A stretch of 64,000 nucleotides of DNA from Candidatus Obscuribacteraceae bacterium (GTDB taxonomy: Bacteria; Cyanobacteriota; Vampirovibrionia; Obscuribacterales; Obscuribacteraceae). Positions 62,501-64,000 of this stretch are shown one piece after another. Each line of letters opens with the position of its first letter. Position 1 is the first letter of the stretch. Under the pieces are notes generated by a model, which ran no database searches, was not told the DNA's origin, and saw nothing but the letters and a program-made list of their open reading frames with translations. The stretch is taken from positions 128,001 through 192,000 of the forward strand of contig JBGASG010000002.1 of assembly GCA_044229845.1 (NCBI GenBank). Reading direction: 5' to 3'. Position numbers and translations under genes: made by a program.

Positions 62501-64000
62501 GGGAAATCGGCAGCTGCCGAACGGCTGCTGAAACAAGCTGCGGATGCTGCAGGCTTTGTTTACGGCGAGAACAGCTACGCGGCCGCAGCATGTTTTGCTC
62601 ACCTGACAGACTTTTACGCTCTTGAAAGAAAGAAACAGGAAGCGTTAAAAATGGCTGAGCACGCGCTGACGATTTGCCGGGAGTCAAGTAAAAAAGGCAT
62701 TCGCAACATTGATGCATCGGGAGTTATCCATGTCATCTTGTACGCGGCGACACAGTTCGCAGACAGCAACGAATTGGAAATCTCGATTCTTCTCGCGGAG
62801 AATGCTCTGAGCACACATCGAGCCTGCGTCAAACCGGATGAGCTGCTCCTGTCTTCTACTCTCTCGAGACTTGCCCACTTCTACCAACGGAATCAGCAAA
62901 ATGAGGACTGCGATGCAGCATACAGAGAAGCACTAGAAATTTCGCGGCAGCATCCAGAGTCAGCGCACGTCATGTGGCAGATAATCAGAGATTACGCGAC
63001 CTTCCTTCGCGCCATCGGCAAGTCCGCCGAGGCAGATGAGCTTTCAGCGGTTGGCGGACGGATGGAGCCAGAGGCTCCCGAAGAGAGCCCGGCAGCCCTC
63101 GCAAGCCAGGCGGCTAGCCTGGAACGGATCCGGCACATTGATACGGCCCGGCAGCTTTTTGAGAAAGCATACACTGTGTCCAGAGGACGAGAACCGTACA
63201 GTCGGCACACATTGCAGGCGTTGCGTCAACTCATTGGATTCCACATTCGACACAACGACTTCATCCGAGTTGAGCAATTATACAAAGAAGAGCTTGAGCT
63301 GCTGGAGAATTACAGATTCGTTGAATCGTGCGAAATAATGGAATGCCTTTTAGGGTTGGCGAGCACATGCGCTCGTACCGGCAAGACAGAAGAAGCAAAA
63401 AGCTGGTTCAGCAAAGCTCGGAAATCAGACGCTGACTGGAAGCAAAGTAAAAACACTCCATCATCCGCAATGTCCATTGCCGAGGCCGCAATTCTCGTCG
63501 GTTATTTAGAGGATGCGGAAATCCTCTTGGACGCGGCCGAGAAGTTATTGGAGGAGCAAGCCCAGAGCCGGTCACCCGAGACTTCTAAAACACTGACCGC
63601 CATCGCCGATATGTGGTCGAAACTGGGTCGCACCGAAAGAGCTGAAGCAGCGCTCGCTCTCTCAAATGAGCACAGCAAGCCCGTCTCCATGACACCAGAT
63701 ACGGGCTCACAGTCCGTTCAGCCCGACGCACCGGTTGCTTTTGACTCATACCTTTTAGATCTAGAGCGTCGGATTAGACGTTGCTGGTCTCCGCCAGCAG
63801 GCGAAGAGGACAAACGCATCATAGTTCGTTTCAAGATCCATAGGAGGGGAGAAATTTCGCACCTGAGGATCGCCAAATCGTCAGGCAAGTCAAGCGCAGA
63901 TCAGGCAGCCCTGAAGGCAGTCGAACGAGCGTCCCCCTTCAGGTCCTTACCATCCGAAACATCTGACGACCAAGACTTCGAAATGGTTTTCGAATACAAC
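59594..64000 (+). CDS. Very large PDZ-like / TPR / TonB-TolA C-terminal domain protein, 3'-truncated by the window
   Basis: IVSVDG..MRGPLGSMVTLEL near the start, TPR-like helices, and in the same frame at the end RRCWSPP..VRFKI..SSG..DQAALKAVERASPF; probably absent from the ORF track because no stop occurs before the edge. Confidence 0.8.
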   Translation, partial: MTEQSHQGLGEVRIRFEKGWGICLDLSQSTAQLPDGNDQPLRIVSVDGTPIKGMRIDQVRGLMRGPLGSMVTLELLSTRDLSINLTLERELRRVGPATPNAVHAMLAASEKLDNFDESDFPDQYSTHRDLTKLEPYTTGLMHAALLCGEHWHERSAMTSAVQLFTVVPYYDRVGRIVEADAAASKAIERLRRTNPKSIWLRDAFFRFAEHCERKGRYTEAEAIYSFLLGSAQPVTWENSGSRADVLSRYARMLIKSGRVSEAEKLFDEVADLEKGRFSIRREVADFYAERGRFNDSIQIYSDIVIELEKRSESERMSRKDQPLAEALYQLGIMWQRAGDPAQAIAQLQRAVSVYEARLSPSDRLDLEKNPSWFPTLSDLETKLGQLHLAKGDLDAAEISLRSAISRLRAALGAASPRLRVPTAALEQCTSEQAEHAESIELSGIEQSATTDNVDDTDEVYQQIAYASRLVWAAKFDVALPSIFNLLLLYEAPVDEDTPAARTNLLLNSLCVFARKLLDAGNFKEGKELLDRLESAVRDKNEPPSTLLPIITEYAVFSAEMNLPVSTFWDRLEAALASGDFDQRSEALASSYTIPERLRRWSLGYLFAGEYLRAERLLQHASYLLYKSENLQDELEVMTSTSPLLPIDLGIVHIYLGKLQEARSAIKYALSFDRNSQYAIARKITHVAFALRQCGHDREALSLLRNAIERIPYSSLHDKRRNQTVVPALLHWKLGELLAKQGNTTQAQAELNKASNQYAERGASPLSFTFLEAELAETQNNFAAASRMYWTSRNQPPLSMMQHQHDPARRDLLRARLSRALACADQALNFPADETVSLILELINYLLPGDYALAESLLQRAQRLVPAESDIGRKVTRAMSGLTLGSQSRISEHIAACTRAAQDAEKSEQLDAYRTWLSVAAAEIRGNLPDEAITHAAHAITLFKDRWTAQSSFSPLLEARVSIVKGLREGGKSAAAERLLKQAADAAGFVYGENSYAAAACFAHLTDFYALERKKQEALKMAEHALTICRESSKKGIRNIDASGVIHVILYAATQFADSNELEISILLAENALSTHRACVKPDELLLSSTLSRLAHFYQRNQQNEDCDAAYREALEISRQHPESAHVMWQIIRDYATFLRAIGKSAEADELSAVGGRMEPEAPEESPAALASQAASLERIRHIDTARQLFEKAYTVSRGREPYSRHTLQALRQLIGFHIRHNDFIRVEQLYKEELELLENYRFVESCEIMECLLGLASTCARTGKTEEAKSWFSKARKSDADWKQSKNTPSSAMSIAEAAILVGYLEDAEILLDAAEKLLEEQAQSRSPETSKTLTAIADMWSKLGRTERAEAALALSNEHSKPVSMTPDTGSQSVQPDAPVAFDSYLLDLERRIRRCWSPPAGEEDKRIIVRFKIHRRGEISHLRIAKSSGKSSADQAALKAVERASPFRSLPSETSDDQDFEMVFEYN

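Overview
Bacterial chromosomal window, probably from a non-photosynthetic cyanobacterial relative (Vampirovibrionia/Melainabacteria). That placement is inferred from gene content only. Housekeeping blocks (tgt; smc-scpA-scpB-ispD-sepF; M16 peptidase-dut, dapB-asd-dapA-rnj) alternate with accessory genes. Two regions stand out. (1) At 35.86-54.75 kb, nine copies of a ~350-nt minus-strand element alternate with seven intact membrane Ser/Thr kinase genes, one kinase pseudogene and one TPR-like gene. The element has several covarying stems and a 3' intrinsic terminator, and it looks like an unannotated large structured ncRNA amplified together with receptor-like kinases that carry an unusual GD(P/A)xYMSPE motif. 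(2) At 25.7-26.4 kb, four tRNA-Leu genes lacking the long variable arm and an atypical tRNA-Tyr lie downstream of a promoter and a 19-codon Leu/Tyr-rich leader peptide with mutually exclusive hairpins, consistent with attenuator-like control of tRNA genes. Other features are a PLD-XRE gene beside a 69-bp tandem repeat, an ArsR/beta-carbonic anhydrase/bestrophin module, Tad/Flp-like pilin genes, an acidic-basic histone H1-like protein, tRNA-Thr(CGT), and a large PDZ-TPR-TonB-C ORF running off the window end. All family assignments come from motif recognition by eye; no searches were run.
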